IMG/VR virus record: IMGVR_UViG_3300025407_001324
Source of the DNA: an uncultured virus (IMG/VR IMGVR_UViG_3300025407_001324)
Taxonomy: Duplodnaviria; Heunggongvirae; Uroviricota; Caudoviricetes
Reading direction: 5' to 3' (one strand)
DNA length: 64,000 nt
Under the pieces are notes generated by a model. The model was not told where the DNA came from. It was given only the letters and a program-made list of their open reading frames with translations, and made no database searches. Positions 8,954 to 16,740 of this stretch are shown here, piece by piece. The first letter of the stretch is position 1. Each line of letters begins with the position of its first letter. Both the position numbers and the translations under genes were made by a program.

Positions 8954-9527
8954 ACACTAGACTGGTTCTAGGTTCTATACTGTGATTAGGAGGAACTTCG
9001 TGATACAACCAGCTGGGCCACATCAACAATAATCCTGGGCTAGGAACATAATCAGTATGCGGTAAACTATACCAATTTGTAGGATCTTTAATCATAAACA
9101 TATAATCAAAGAAATCCTTAAATGGCTGATTAGGATAGAATCTTATGTTGGCACTGCCAGGCGGAGTTTTAAGATAGTAAATTCCGCTTATAGTACATTG
9201 ACTGTGCAGATGTTTAGGATGTGCACTACCCTCTAAAAATCTGTTGGCAAATAAAAATGGCTTCCAAGGCACACGACTACTATCATAACCCATTTGTTCT
9301 AGAAATGCACAGGCCTGGGCTTGTATAAAATCCATAAAAGGTTTGAAATCTTCGTTGTGAGTTAAATTTTGTGTGCCGTAGGTTGTTTCACCGTTGTAGT
9401 AAAAATCAGTGTTGATATTTCTATCAGGGGATTCAAATAATTTATCCATCTGCAGATTCATTGGTTCAATCCACTCGGGGTGATAGTCTCTACCGATTAC
9501 ACTAGGAAACCAATGATCTAGATTCAT
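8943..9527 (-). CDS. 2OG-Fe(II) oxygenase (TIGR02466-like)
   Basis: HPKHLH, ISGIYYL, WPSWLYHEV and RTSLVFN motifs. Start reassigned to MNLDHWFP at 9527, just after the upstream stop, instead of 9617. Confidence 0.85.
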   Translation of the reverse strand: MNLDHWFPSVIGRDYHPEWIEPMNLQMDKLFESPDRNINTDFYYNGETTYGTQNLTHNEDFKPFMDFIQAQACAFLEQMGYDSSRVPWKPFLFANRFLEGSAHPKHLHSQCTISGIYYLKTPPGSANIRFYPNQPFKDFFDYMFMIKDPTNWYSLPHTDYVPSPGLLLMWPSWLYHEVPPNHSIEPRTSLVFNL

Positions 9528-9528
9528 A

Positions 9529-10056
9529 TTATTTTGTAAAGAATAACTGTATGCTAAGTCTTGGATATTCTGCAGCCAATGTAAGCATACTGGTACCGTG
9601 ATAAATCGGTGGTACAAACCAAGTCATTAGATTGTAATGAGGAAATATCCAACGTTGTCCTTGCTCAGGATCATCGTATAAAAATAATCCGCCCCAATTC
9701 CAATTCCAATTGGGATTAATATAAATTGTACTGGTTAACCGTTTGTCTTGACCTTCACTTACGTCATCGTGGTGGAAGTTGATTTGACTGCCAGGAGGCC
9801 AAATGTGTAAAAATACTGTGGCATGATTATAGTCAGCAAATGCAGGATCAACAGACTTGTATTTGTTAACAAAGTATTCTTCGTACTCACTAAGAGGTAT
9901 AATAAACACAGGAGCAAAACTGCCGCGGTCTAATCCCTGCCCCCAACGTCCCATATTGTTAATTTCAAATGCAGCTTTGCCTTTGCTGTCTTCAAATTTT
10001 TGTGTAATTTCGTCGAGTATGTGTTGTTCTAAAAAGTTGGGTACTTGGTTAACCAT
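9529..10056 (-). CDS. 2OG-Fe(II) oxygenase, prolyl-hydroxylase-like
   Basis: HxD (FHHDD), TIYINPNWNWNWGG, distal His (YHGT) and RLSIQLF. Confidence 0.85.
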   Translation of the reverse strand: MVNQVPNFLEQHILDEITQKFEDSKGKAAFEINNMGRWGQGLDRGSFAPVFIIPLSEYEEYFVNKYKSVDPAFADYNHATVFLHIWPPGSQINFHHDDVSEGQDKRLTSTIYINPNWNWNWGGLFLYDDPEQGQRWIFPHYNLMTWFVPPIYHGTSMLTLAAEYPRLSIQLFFTK

Positions 10057-10065
10057 AAGTGTCTT

Positions 10066-10620
10066 TCAATATTGTGTGCTGAAAAAGAAAACTTGGAAAA
10101 GTCTTCCTGTGTATAGGTCAGATCCAAAGTAGTCTAAACTGCTGTGAAAAAGATCTCCCCGGTATAATACCAAACGATTATATATGTTACCCAGTGTATC
10201 ATATAAATCCCATTTGGTCATATCTTGTGCTTCGTATCCAGTGGTTAATTCGCCTGCACGAACTGCACCAGTTGCACGATGCCTAAATAAACCAGTACCG
10301 CCTGTGTAAGGAGCGTCAGGGTTAAGATAACAAACTCCTGCCCAAGTGTTAAAATGATCACTATGAACCCAGCTGCGATCTGCTGCCGTAGTCAATTGAA
10401 ATGCACCTGTGTAGCCGTCGTTCTCAAACCAATCTGTTACTGCACCGCCGGCGTTCCATACTATGCTTTGAATAGTTTCTTTTACATCGGGAGTAAGATG
10501 GCTGATTGTTCTTTTTCCTGGAAAATTTCCAGTCACTGAAAATGGTTGACTCAGTGCAAAATTTCTAACCCCATCAGGATTACTGTAAAAGTTATCAGTT
10601 ATAATTACATTTGTTATCAT
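10066..10620 (-). CDS. 2OG-Fe(II) oxygenase-like protein (DUF6445-type)
   Basis: DNFYSNPD, FPGKRT, HSD, WAGVCYL, GGT, YNRLVLY, FHS and RLFQVFF motifs. Confidence 0.8.
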   Translation of the reverse strand: MITNVIITDNFYSNPDGVRNFALSQPFSVTGNFPGKRTISHLTPDVKETIQSIVWNAGGAVTDWFENDGYTGAFQLTTAADRSWVHSDHFNTWAGVCYLNPDAPYTGGTGLFRHRATGAVRAGELTTGYEAQDMTKWDLYDTLGNIYNRLVLYRGDLFHSSLDYFGSDLYTGRLFQVFFFSTQY

Positions 10621-10634
10621 AATATTATCGAGTA

Positions 10635-11432
10635 TTAATTACTTAGTTGTGCTATCTCAGCTGCAATAAATTCTTCTAATCGTTGATAGATACTTTTTTC
10701 CCAATAAGGCAACGCTCGTTGGTAGTTTTCTTCTATAGCATCTGCCATTGCGTCATAGTGTGCAGGAGTAATATTTTTTAGTATGTTTTCTAACTGTTCT
10801 ATGTTAAAAAATGGCACAACTCCTGCAGGATTAAAAAACTCGCCTATATTAATACAACCATAGTATATAGGAACAGTTTTAGTTATAAAACAATCCAATA
10901 TTTTCTCACTAAACATATTGTGCATAACTTGGTTTTCGCAAGCTATATTGAACTTGGCATTTTGGAAGTAAGGGTCCTTGGTAGGAATTCTAGGAGGACT
11001 TCGATACATTTTGAATTCAAAGTCGCCTACAATAGTGCGTTTTTCCATTCTCCGCAATATCATAAAACGCAGTCTATGGTCAGGAGTATATATTTTACTG
11101 CTCATCATATAGGTAATTTGATTGTGTTTTACAATGTCGGGAGTTTGTATCCAACTACCGGCAGGCACAAATAATTTGGCGTTAGGTAATTTTAATAATT
11201 CAGGATTATACGCAAGTATGAGATCAAATTTATCGGCATTGTCATACACCATCTTTACAAAATCTCTGTACAACACTGGAGGTTCGCATTGTACCAACAC
11301 TCGATAGTCGGCGGTTAAGTCTGTTTCTATCGTATCAAAGCTTACTGCAACTCGTCGATCAAAGTCTTTTGTAAATTGAAAAGCAGGGTTACCACTGTAA
11401 CCTGGCATATACCCGTACTGAACTGCCTGCAT
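10635..11432 (-). CDS. Glycosyltransferase, GT10 (alpha-1,3/4-fucosyltransferase)-like
   Basis: KFNIACEN...FSEKILDCF...VPIYYG motif. Likely start MQAVQ overlaps the gmd stop (TGATG). Confidence 0.8.
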   Translation of the reverse strand: MQAVQYGYMPGYSGNPAFQFTKDFDRRVAVSFDTIETDLTADYRVLVQCEPPVLYRDFVKMVYDNADKFDLILAYNPELLKLPNAKLFVPAGSWIQTPDIVKHNQITYMMSSKIYTPDHRLRFMILRRMEKRTIVGDFEFKMYRSPPRIPTKDPYFQNAKFNIACENQVMHNMFSEKILDCFITKTVPIYYGCINIGEFFNPAGVVPFFNIEQLENILKNITPAHYDAMADAIEENYQRALPYWEKSIYQRLEEFIAAEIAQLSN

Positions 11433-12400
11433 CAAACCTGCTCCATCCAATGTGCAATCATTTCGTCTAACATAGATTCAAAAGTATAGGTAGGTTTCCA
11501 ACCTAACTCAGCTCTAATCTTGCTACTATCGCCTTTGAGATAGCGTAGCTCTTCGGGACGTAAAAACTTTTGATTCTGTACTACATATTGATTATAGTCC
11601 ATATCTAATTTAGAAAACACATACTCGCATAAGTCTCGTACACTATGACTTTCGCCAGTGGCGACTACCCAGTCTCTAGGTAAATCATTGTTTATGATCA
11701 AATGCATAGCACGTACATAATCATAACTATGCCCCCAATCTCTGCAACTGTCTAAGTTACCTAATTCCAATTTGTCTGCTAGCCCTTTTTTAATTTCCAC
11801 TGCAGTTTTAACAATCTTATTAGTAACAAAGTTAGTTCCCCTACGTGGGCTTTCATGATTAAACAATATGCCGTTACAGGCGTGTAGTTTATAAGCATCT
11901 CTATAATGACGTACAAGATTGTAGCCCATTACTTTACTAACACCGTAAGGACTTACTGGTACCATTGGTGTGGTTAATCTTTGAGTATGGTCTTCGTCGA
12001 TGCTATTGCCAAACATTTCACTACTGCTGGCTTGATAAAACTTAGCAGTGGGACAAAATTGACGATAAGCTTCTAGCATTGTTAGTACACCAAGTCCATT
12101 GGTTTTAATTGTAAATGCTGGCATTTCAAAACTGATTCTTACGTGACTCATAGCTGCGAGATTGTAAATCTCGTCCGGTTGGATATCAGTAATAGTTTTA
12201 GTAATGCTCCACTCATCAGTCAAGTCACCATAGATACGAGTTATACGTGTGTCTATATGGCTGAGTCTACTGCTTTGATTTTCTGCCACACTATGCCTAC
12301 GAACAACGCCGTAGACTTCGTAGCCAAGACTCAGTAGATATTCGCTAAGATAACTGCCGTCTTGCCCTGTTATACCTGTTATTAGTGCTCTTTTTGTCAT
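11432..12400 (-). CDS. gmd: GDP-mannose 4,6-dehydratase
   Basis: ALITGITGQDGSYL, YNLAAMSHV, YQASSSEMFG, SPYGVSK, GILFNHESPRRG and RDWGH motifs. Confidence 0.97.
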   Translation of the reverse strand: MTKRALITGITGQDGSYLSEYLLSLGYEVYGVVRRHSVAENQSSRLSHIDTRITRIYGDLTDEWSITKTITDIQPDEIYNLAAMSHVRISFEMPAFTIKTNGLGVLTMLEAYRQFCPTAKFYQASSSEMFGNSIDEDHTQRLTTPMVPVSPYGVSKVMGYNLVRHYRDAYKLHACNGILFNHESPRRGTNFVTNKIVKTAVEIKKGLADKLELGNLDSCRDWGHSYDYVRAMHLIINNDLPRDWVVATGESHSVRDLCEYVFSKLDMDYNQYVVQNQKFLRPEELRYLKGDSSKIRAELGWKPTYTFESMLDEMIAHWMEQV

Positions 12401-13089
12401 TTGAATAGTCGTTTAGTTGTTAAATCTGGATAGTTTTGTTCTGTTGCTGAATCACCATATGTACTGGGATCCACACTATCCATTAGTATAATTCCACGTG
12501 CAGCATCTTCAGGGGTCATATAGTAGTGCCATCCCATTACTGCATAATCATCTTCCCACTGGGGAACCGCTAAATCTCTGCCATCATAACTGGCCAATTT
12601 AAGCCATTTGTATGCTTCGAGATCATCTGTTAGTACCATACCGCCGCGGCCAATTGGTACACGCTTTTTAAGTTGAAAACTTACGCAATGTAGCCCACCT
12701 GTATACATTCCGGGAGCCCATCGTACTGCGGCATCCCATACAGGATAAGGTTTAAGTTGATACCTTCCACTCCACGCAATATCTTCAAATGCCACACGAC
12801 AGCCAGCGTGCACAATCTGTTGTGCAATACTCACATAGGATCTAGTAGGCATAGTAACTGTGCCCATAGCATTACAGTATTTCAAACTTAAAAATACTGC
12901 GTGACTGCAACAATCTACTGCCACCGCATAACGGCTACCAGCAAATGCTGCAACTTTCTTTTCAAACATATCTACTACATCTCTTGGATCTTGCCAATCA
13001 TATCCCAAAGTTTTCAATTGATCTAATTCTGGGCGTTGTAGATGTTTTGGTAATTGCCCCAAAGGCCAGCTGGTATATTTTTCACTCAT
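12397..13089 (-). CDS. DegT/DnrJ/EryC1/StrS-family PLP aminotransferase (short form)
   Basis: FEKKVAAFAGSRYAVAVDCCS, WDAA, SFQLKK (Schiff-base Lys region) and GRGGMVLTDD. Confidence 0.85.
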   Translation of the reverse strand: MSEKYTSWPLGQLPKHLQRPELDQLKTLGYDWQDPRDVVDMFEKKVAAFAGSRYAVAVDCCSHAVFLSLKYCNAMGTVTMPTRSYVSIAQQIVHAGCRVAFEDIAWSGRYQLKPYPVWDAAVRWAPGMYTGGLHCVSFQLKKRVPIGRGGMVLTDDLEAYKWLKLASYDGRDLAVPQWEDDYAVMGWHYYMTPEDAARGIILMDSVDPSTYGDSATEQNYPDLTTKRLFK

Positions 13090-13654
13090 AATCGATCTCT
13101 ATATTATAAAATTCATTTACTCGTTGAGCAAGTTCTTTGACTCCTCTGCGGGGAATTTGTTTGCCAGACCTATCAACCAATAAATTCCATTTTTCTAAAT
13201 TTAATGATTTGTTAACTACAGTATTGGCTGCTACTGCAAGCCCTTGAGGTAAGTTACTGCCGGGTAGTACTATACTGTTTGCCCCAACTAACACAAAACT
13301 ATCTAGCACTACATTGTCAATTATCACATTGTATTGATACTGTTTGGGTATTGTAGGTAAATCCAACCCACATTTAACATAATTACTACTACCAGCATAG
13401 ACTTTACATCCAGCACTTAAACCGCTGAATGCTCGCATAGTAATGATACCAGCACTTGCACTTAACACACAGCCAGCAGCTATGTGTACATAGTCGCCGA
13501 TGTTGACTGTTCCTGATATGTAGGTGTAGTCGTCAATAATTACATTGTTGCCAATACTTACCAATTCAGGATTTCTGATACGCACAGTCTTCCCAATGAT
13601 AACATTAGTACCACAGGATTTTAATGTTGCAGTATCAAAAAACAAATTGCTCAT
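13082..13654 (-). CDS. Hexapeptide-repeat (left-handed beta-helix) acyl/acetyltransferase
   Basis: IGKTVRI, IGNNVIIDD, IGDYVHIAAG and VGANSIVLPG repeats. Confidence 0.85.
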   Translation of the reverse strand: MSNLFFDTATLKSCGTNVIIGKTVRIRNPELVSIGNNVIIDDYTYISGTVNIGDYVHIAAGCVLSASAGIITMRAFSGLSAGCKVYAGSSNYVKCGLDLPTIPKQYQYNVIIDNVVLDSFVLVGANSIVLPGSNLPQGLAVAANTVVNKSLNLEKWNLLVDRSGKQIPRRGVKELAQRVNEFYNIEIDYE

Positions 13655-14061
13655 AGAAATACTTTATCTAACTCTTGGCCTTGATAAGGTCCTGTTTTAT
13701 ATTCATAAACCACTGTATCATCTTCTAAGATAGTATAAGTATGCCCGCCTTGATAAGTCAAACTACAATCGCCGCGGCGGATAATTTGTTTTTCAATCAG
13801 TGTGTCGTCAATATCAAAAAAACTAACCTCCACACTACCTTGAATTACTACCCAAGACTCTTGTGCAATTACCAAATCAACTACTGGTTGTTTCCAAATA
13901 TGTTTGTGCGGTCTGAATGTTTTGTCTTTGGGCATACGCAATGTAGCCAATTGCAAAAACTGTTCATTTTCACTGATATCTGTACGCTCGGTTATTTCGT
14001 CAAATCTATTGATTCTGTGCAACAACAACTCGGGTGCAACTTTGCTATAAATGTTATACAT
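13651..14061 (-). CDS. Cupin-fold protein (WbuC-like)
   Basis: PHKH...QESWVVIQG...GGHTY...YEYKTGPY. Start set at MYNIY, which overlaps the upstream GT stop region. Confidence 0.75.
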   Translation of the reverse strand: MYNIYSKVAPELLLHRINRFDEITERTDISENEQFLQLATLRMPKDKTFRPHKHIWKQPVVDLVIAQESWVVIQGSVEVSFFDIDDTLIEKQIIRRGDCSLTYQGGHTYTILEDDTVVYEYKTGPYQGQELDKVFL

Positions 14062-15109
14062 AATAAAAATTTTGCCTTGATATTTTCTTGAACCAGTTTT
14101 CAAATTTTGCGTGAATTACATCATCACTGAAGTTATCCATTGCCCAGGTTCTGCAATTAGCAGGATCTAACTGATCTACGACTGCCGCGGATTCAACAAA
14201 TGTTTTGAAGTCTCCGCATCTAAATCCTGTTACCCCGTGTACTACACTATCAACGAATCCGCCCCAGTCTGGAGTCAGTACTGGAGTACCACTCATTGCA
14301 GCTTCTACTACAATATTACCAAAGGGCTCTAAATAGTGTGTGGGTGCCATTAAACAAGCTGCTTTAGATAACAGTTGTTTGCGTTCTTCCATATTAACTG
14401 GCCCAATGTGAGTCACGTGACTGGGAGTTGTTGCATAGCCCAGACTTTGTAAGTTACCCGGTCCGGCTACTATCAATTTTTTACCTAAATGTTCTGTAAC
14501 CTGGATACAAAGGTCAACTCCTTTGTCGGTATTAACACGCCCAAGGAATACAAAATAATCATCTTTTTTATCATTGAACTCAAATTCACTAGGAGTAAAT
14601 GCATTAGCAATAACTGTATCAAACCAACTGGGAGTTAGTAATCTTTGATGCAGGCCATAGTAGTAATGCATTTGACTATAACTAGTAAATGCACGATAAG
14701 GTGCAAATACTGTGTCGGGCCAATAACCGATGCTAGGTTCAACTATAAAAAGATCCTGATGTCGTAGTGCCAGTTCTTTATGTGCTATGCCATAAAAGCA
14801 TAGAATCATATCACCTGGACGTTTTCTGCGGGAGATTTCTTTATCTGCACGTTCAGTGAACTTGGCTCCCAAGTCACCTTTTTCTGAAAATATTTGATCT
14901 TTTTCGGGAGGCGGATGATCTTCGTTGGTAATTACTGCAACATTTTCGCAGTCTACTTCTGCGCTTTCGTGTCCGTAGTGTAATAAATTGAAACCCCTGT
15001 CTTTCATATTAGCTATAAATTTAAGTACAGCTACGTTAAAAGGTTCAATTCGATATTTGGTGTGTGTTATTCCGTAGGGATTGGATAGAATGTGTAATGT
15101 AGGATTCAT
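14054..15109 (-). CDS. Glycosyltransferase family 4 (GT-B)
   Basis: FLGRVNTDKG and EPFGNIVVEAAMSGTPV (E-X7-E), then VHGVTGF. Confidence 0.9.
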   Translation of the reverse strand: MNPTLHILSNPYGITHTKYRIEPFNVAVLKFIANMKDRGFNLLHYGHESAEVDCENVAVITNEDHPPPEKDQIFSEKGDLGAKFTERADKEISRRKRPGDMILCFYGIAHKELALRHQDLFIVEPSIGYWPDTVFAPYRAFTSYSQMHYYYGLHQRLLTPSWFDTVIANAFTPSEFEFNDKKDDYFVFLGRVNTDKGVDLCIQVTEHLGKKLIVAGPGNLQSLGYATTPSHVTHIGPVNMEERKQLLSKAACLMAPTHYLEPFGNIVVEAAMSGTPVLTPDWGGFVDSVVHGVTGFRCGDFKTFVESAAVVDQLDPANCRTWAMDNFSDDVIHAKFENWFKKISRQNFYYV

Positions 15110-15117
15110 AATTGTTG

Positions 15118-15146
15118 ATTATACAGTATATTTAACTGTGCGTCAA
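15118..15146 (-). promoter_or_regulatory. Dual promoter: sigma70 TTGACG-17-TATAAT with a late TAAATA inside the spacer
   Basis: + strand attata 15118-15123, tattta 15129-15134, cgtcaa 15141-15146. Confidence 0.7.
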
Positions 15147-15167
15147 CAGGTATCTACAAAATCAGAT

Positions 15168-15785
15168 CTATCGAGTCTTGCCCCATTTAAGTTTGTTCCA
15201 AACTCTTTCGTGGTACCAATATAATAATGTTGATAATACTGCTTGTATGCCAGCAATACTACCAGCAGTAGTCAATTTGCCAGTCATTAATAAACTTATT
15301 AAAAATGTTTCCACTGTGCCAATGATACGCCAAGATATTGCTTTTACTAAACTTCTAACATTGGAGTCACTGGGTGCTTGCGTTAAATCACTAGCTATGG
15401 ACTTTACCCAAGAGTCTGACCAATCTGTAATATGATATGTTACTGAAGTTGGGTTTTCGAATAATTTATTGGTATCTGCAAATCTACCTTCTTCAATGGT
15501 ATCCATCCAAATAACTATATCAGCATTAAATGCATCACGTAGTTTTTCAGTAGGGCAAACAAAATCGCAAACTGAAAAATCACTACCCGAGTTGTTGCTC
15601 AGGTCAATCATACGTTGCATTTGGCGTTCGCGACCTTCAGGAGAAAAATCCCAATCGTTAAATTGTTCTCTTACTGTGTCAGCATTGAACCAACTTACTG
15701 AATGGGTAAGCATTAGTCGTTTAACTAGTTCTTGACTAAATGTAGTTTTACCAGATCCTGGCAAACCCATTACCAATATCTTCAA
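15168..15785 (-). CDS. Adenylyl-sulfate (APS) kinase-like protein fused to a DUF2061-like membrane domain
   Basis: MGLPGSGKTT, NADTVR, DFSPEGR, DFVCP; C-terminal RSLVKAISWRI...YWYHERVWNK. TTG start overlapping the upstream stop. Confidence 0.8.
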   Translation of the reverse strand: MKILVMGLPGSGKTTFSQELVKRLMLTHSVSWFNADTVREQFNDWDFSPEGRERQMQRMIDLSNNSGSDFSVCDFVCPTEKLRDAFNADIVIWMDTIEEGRFADTNKLFENPTSVTYHITDWSDSWVKSIASDLTQAPSDSNVRSLVKAISWRIIGTVETFLISLLMTGKLTTAGSIAGIQAVLSTLLYWYHERVWNKLKWGKTR

Positions 15786-16348
15786 CGCAAACTCCGAGCA
15801 GGTTTGTAGGCTTTTGCTTTAATGTGTACTTGGTAGCAAGTGTTGTTATATTTGTTAAATTCTATATTAACAGCTTCTGGGGGCAAAGTTTTTGCGTATG
15901 CTTCGAACCAAGGTGTGGGATCATGCTTTATGTCGATCACTGCTATATCTATTCCTAATTGTAGACCTAAGGTAGTTTCTTGCCCGTGGTTTTCAATAGT
16001 TTCGGTATTTTTACGTTGATTAAACATATCAATACCAACCGGAGTAATTGCCCTTACGTGTGTAGGGTCGTGAACAAAATTATCGTGCCTATGATGAGGT
16101 ACAGTAATATAAATTTCTGCACCGTCTTTAAGAATTCTATAGAATTCTTTCCATATGGCAAAATAACTTTTAGTATCTTGACCGAGATGTTCTAAGACAT
16201 GGCTTATAATTATCTCGTCCACAGAATTGTCTTTCCAGGGCAGTTTTTTTTCTAGATCTACAATTTTATCTGGATTGCAAGAAGGGTCGTTATCAACGTT
16301 AACATACCCTTCAAGCTTATTGTACCCACAGCCCAGGTTTAACTTCAA
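15782..16348 (-). CDS. Class I SAM-dependent methyltransferase (type 11-like)
   Basis: KLNLGCG, LPWKDNSVDEI, SHVLEHL and DPTHVR motifs. Confidence 0.88.
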   Translation of the reverse strand: MKLNLGCGYNKLEGYVNVDNDPSCNPDKIVDLEKKLPWKDNSVDEIIISHVLEHLGQDTKSYFAIWKEFYRILKDGAEIYITVPHHRHDNFVHDPTHVRAITPVGIDMFNQRKNTETIENHGQETTLGLQLGIDIAVIDIKHDPTPWFEAYAKTLPPEAVNIEFNKYNNTCYQVHIKAKAYKPARSLR

Positions 16349-16740
16349 TTCAATGCATCCAATTCGTCGTGTGTATTACAAGCATTAATAGCTGCGATTC
16401 TAGCAGTCATTGTTGCTTGTGCAGAAGTAATTGTAGATGGATCAAATGATTCTGGATTCAATGCGCTTTCACGAATTGCCTGTTGAACTGCAAATTTTGC
16501 TTGGGTAACCATTGATGATTTGCGATCATCGACAGAAATATCAAATGTTCCCCAAACGATTTGTACAGGATCTGTTGTCAAATCAAATGTGTGTGCAGTA
16601 TAACCTTGACGATTTGGAATAATGTCTGGTCTGACTTCTACTGCGTTTCTCCAACCGTTGTTACCAACACCCTCTGCTGGGGGTGTATCCCATACATCAG
16701 TTACGTTACCATCAACTACTCTTACATAATGTGTGCTCAT
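16345..16740 (-). CDS. Hypothetical protein, possibly a fibre assembly chaperone
   Basis: 131 aa, translationally coupled on both sides; C-terminal AINACNTHDELDAL resembles Tfa-like chaperone ends. Confidence 0.55.
   Translation of the reverse strand: MSTHYVRVVDGNVTDVWDTPPAEGVGNNGWRNAVEVRPDIIPNRQGYTAHTFDLTTDPVQIVWGTFDISVDDRKSSMVTQAKFAVQQAIRESALNPESFDPSTITSAQATMTARIAAINACNTHDELDALN

Noticed and set aside
9528..14103. Longer ORF-track starts at 9617, 11450 and 14103 (also 38998)
   Set aside because: They overlap upstream genes; downstream ATGs give coupled junctions or fit promoter spacing better.
8943..15109. DNA hypermodification cluster (oxygenase plus GT, as in T4 or TET/JBP systems)
   Set aside because: Not favoured: no hydroxymethylase, thymidylate synthase homologue or DNA methylase is adjacent, and the context is virion fibres. 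Not formally excluded.
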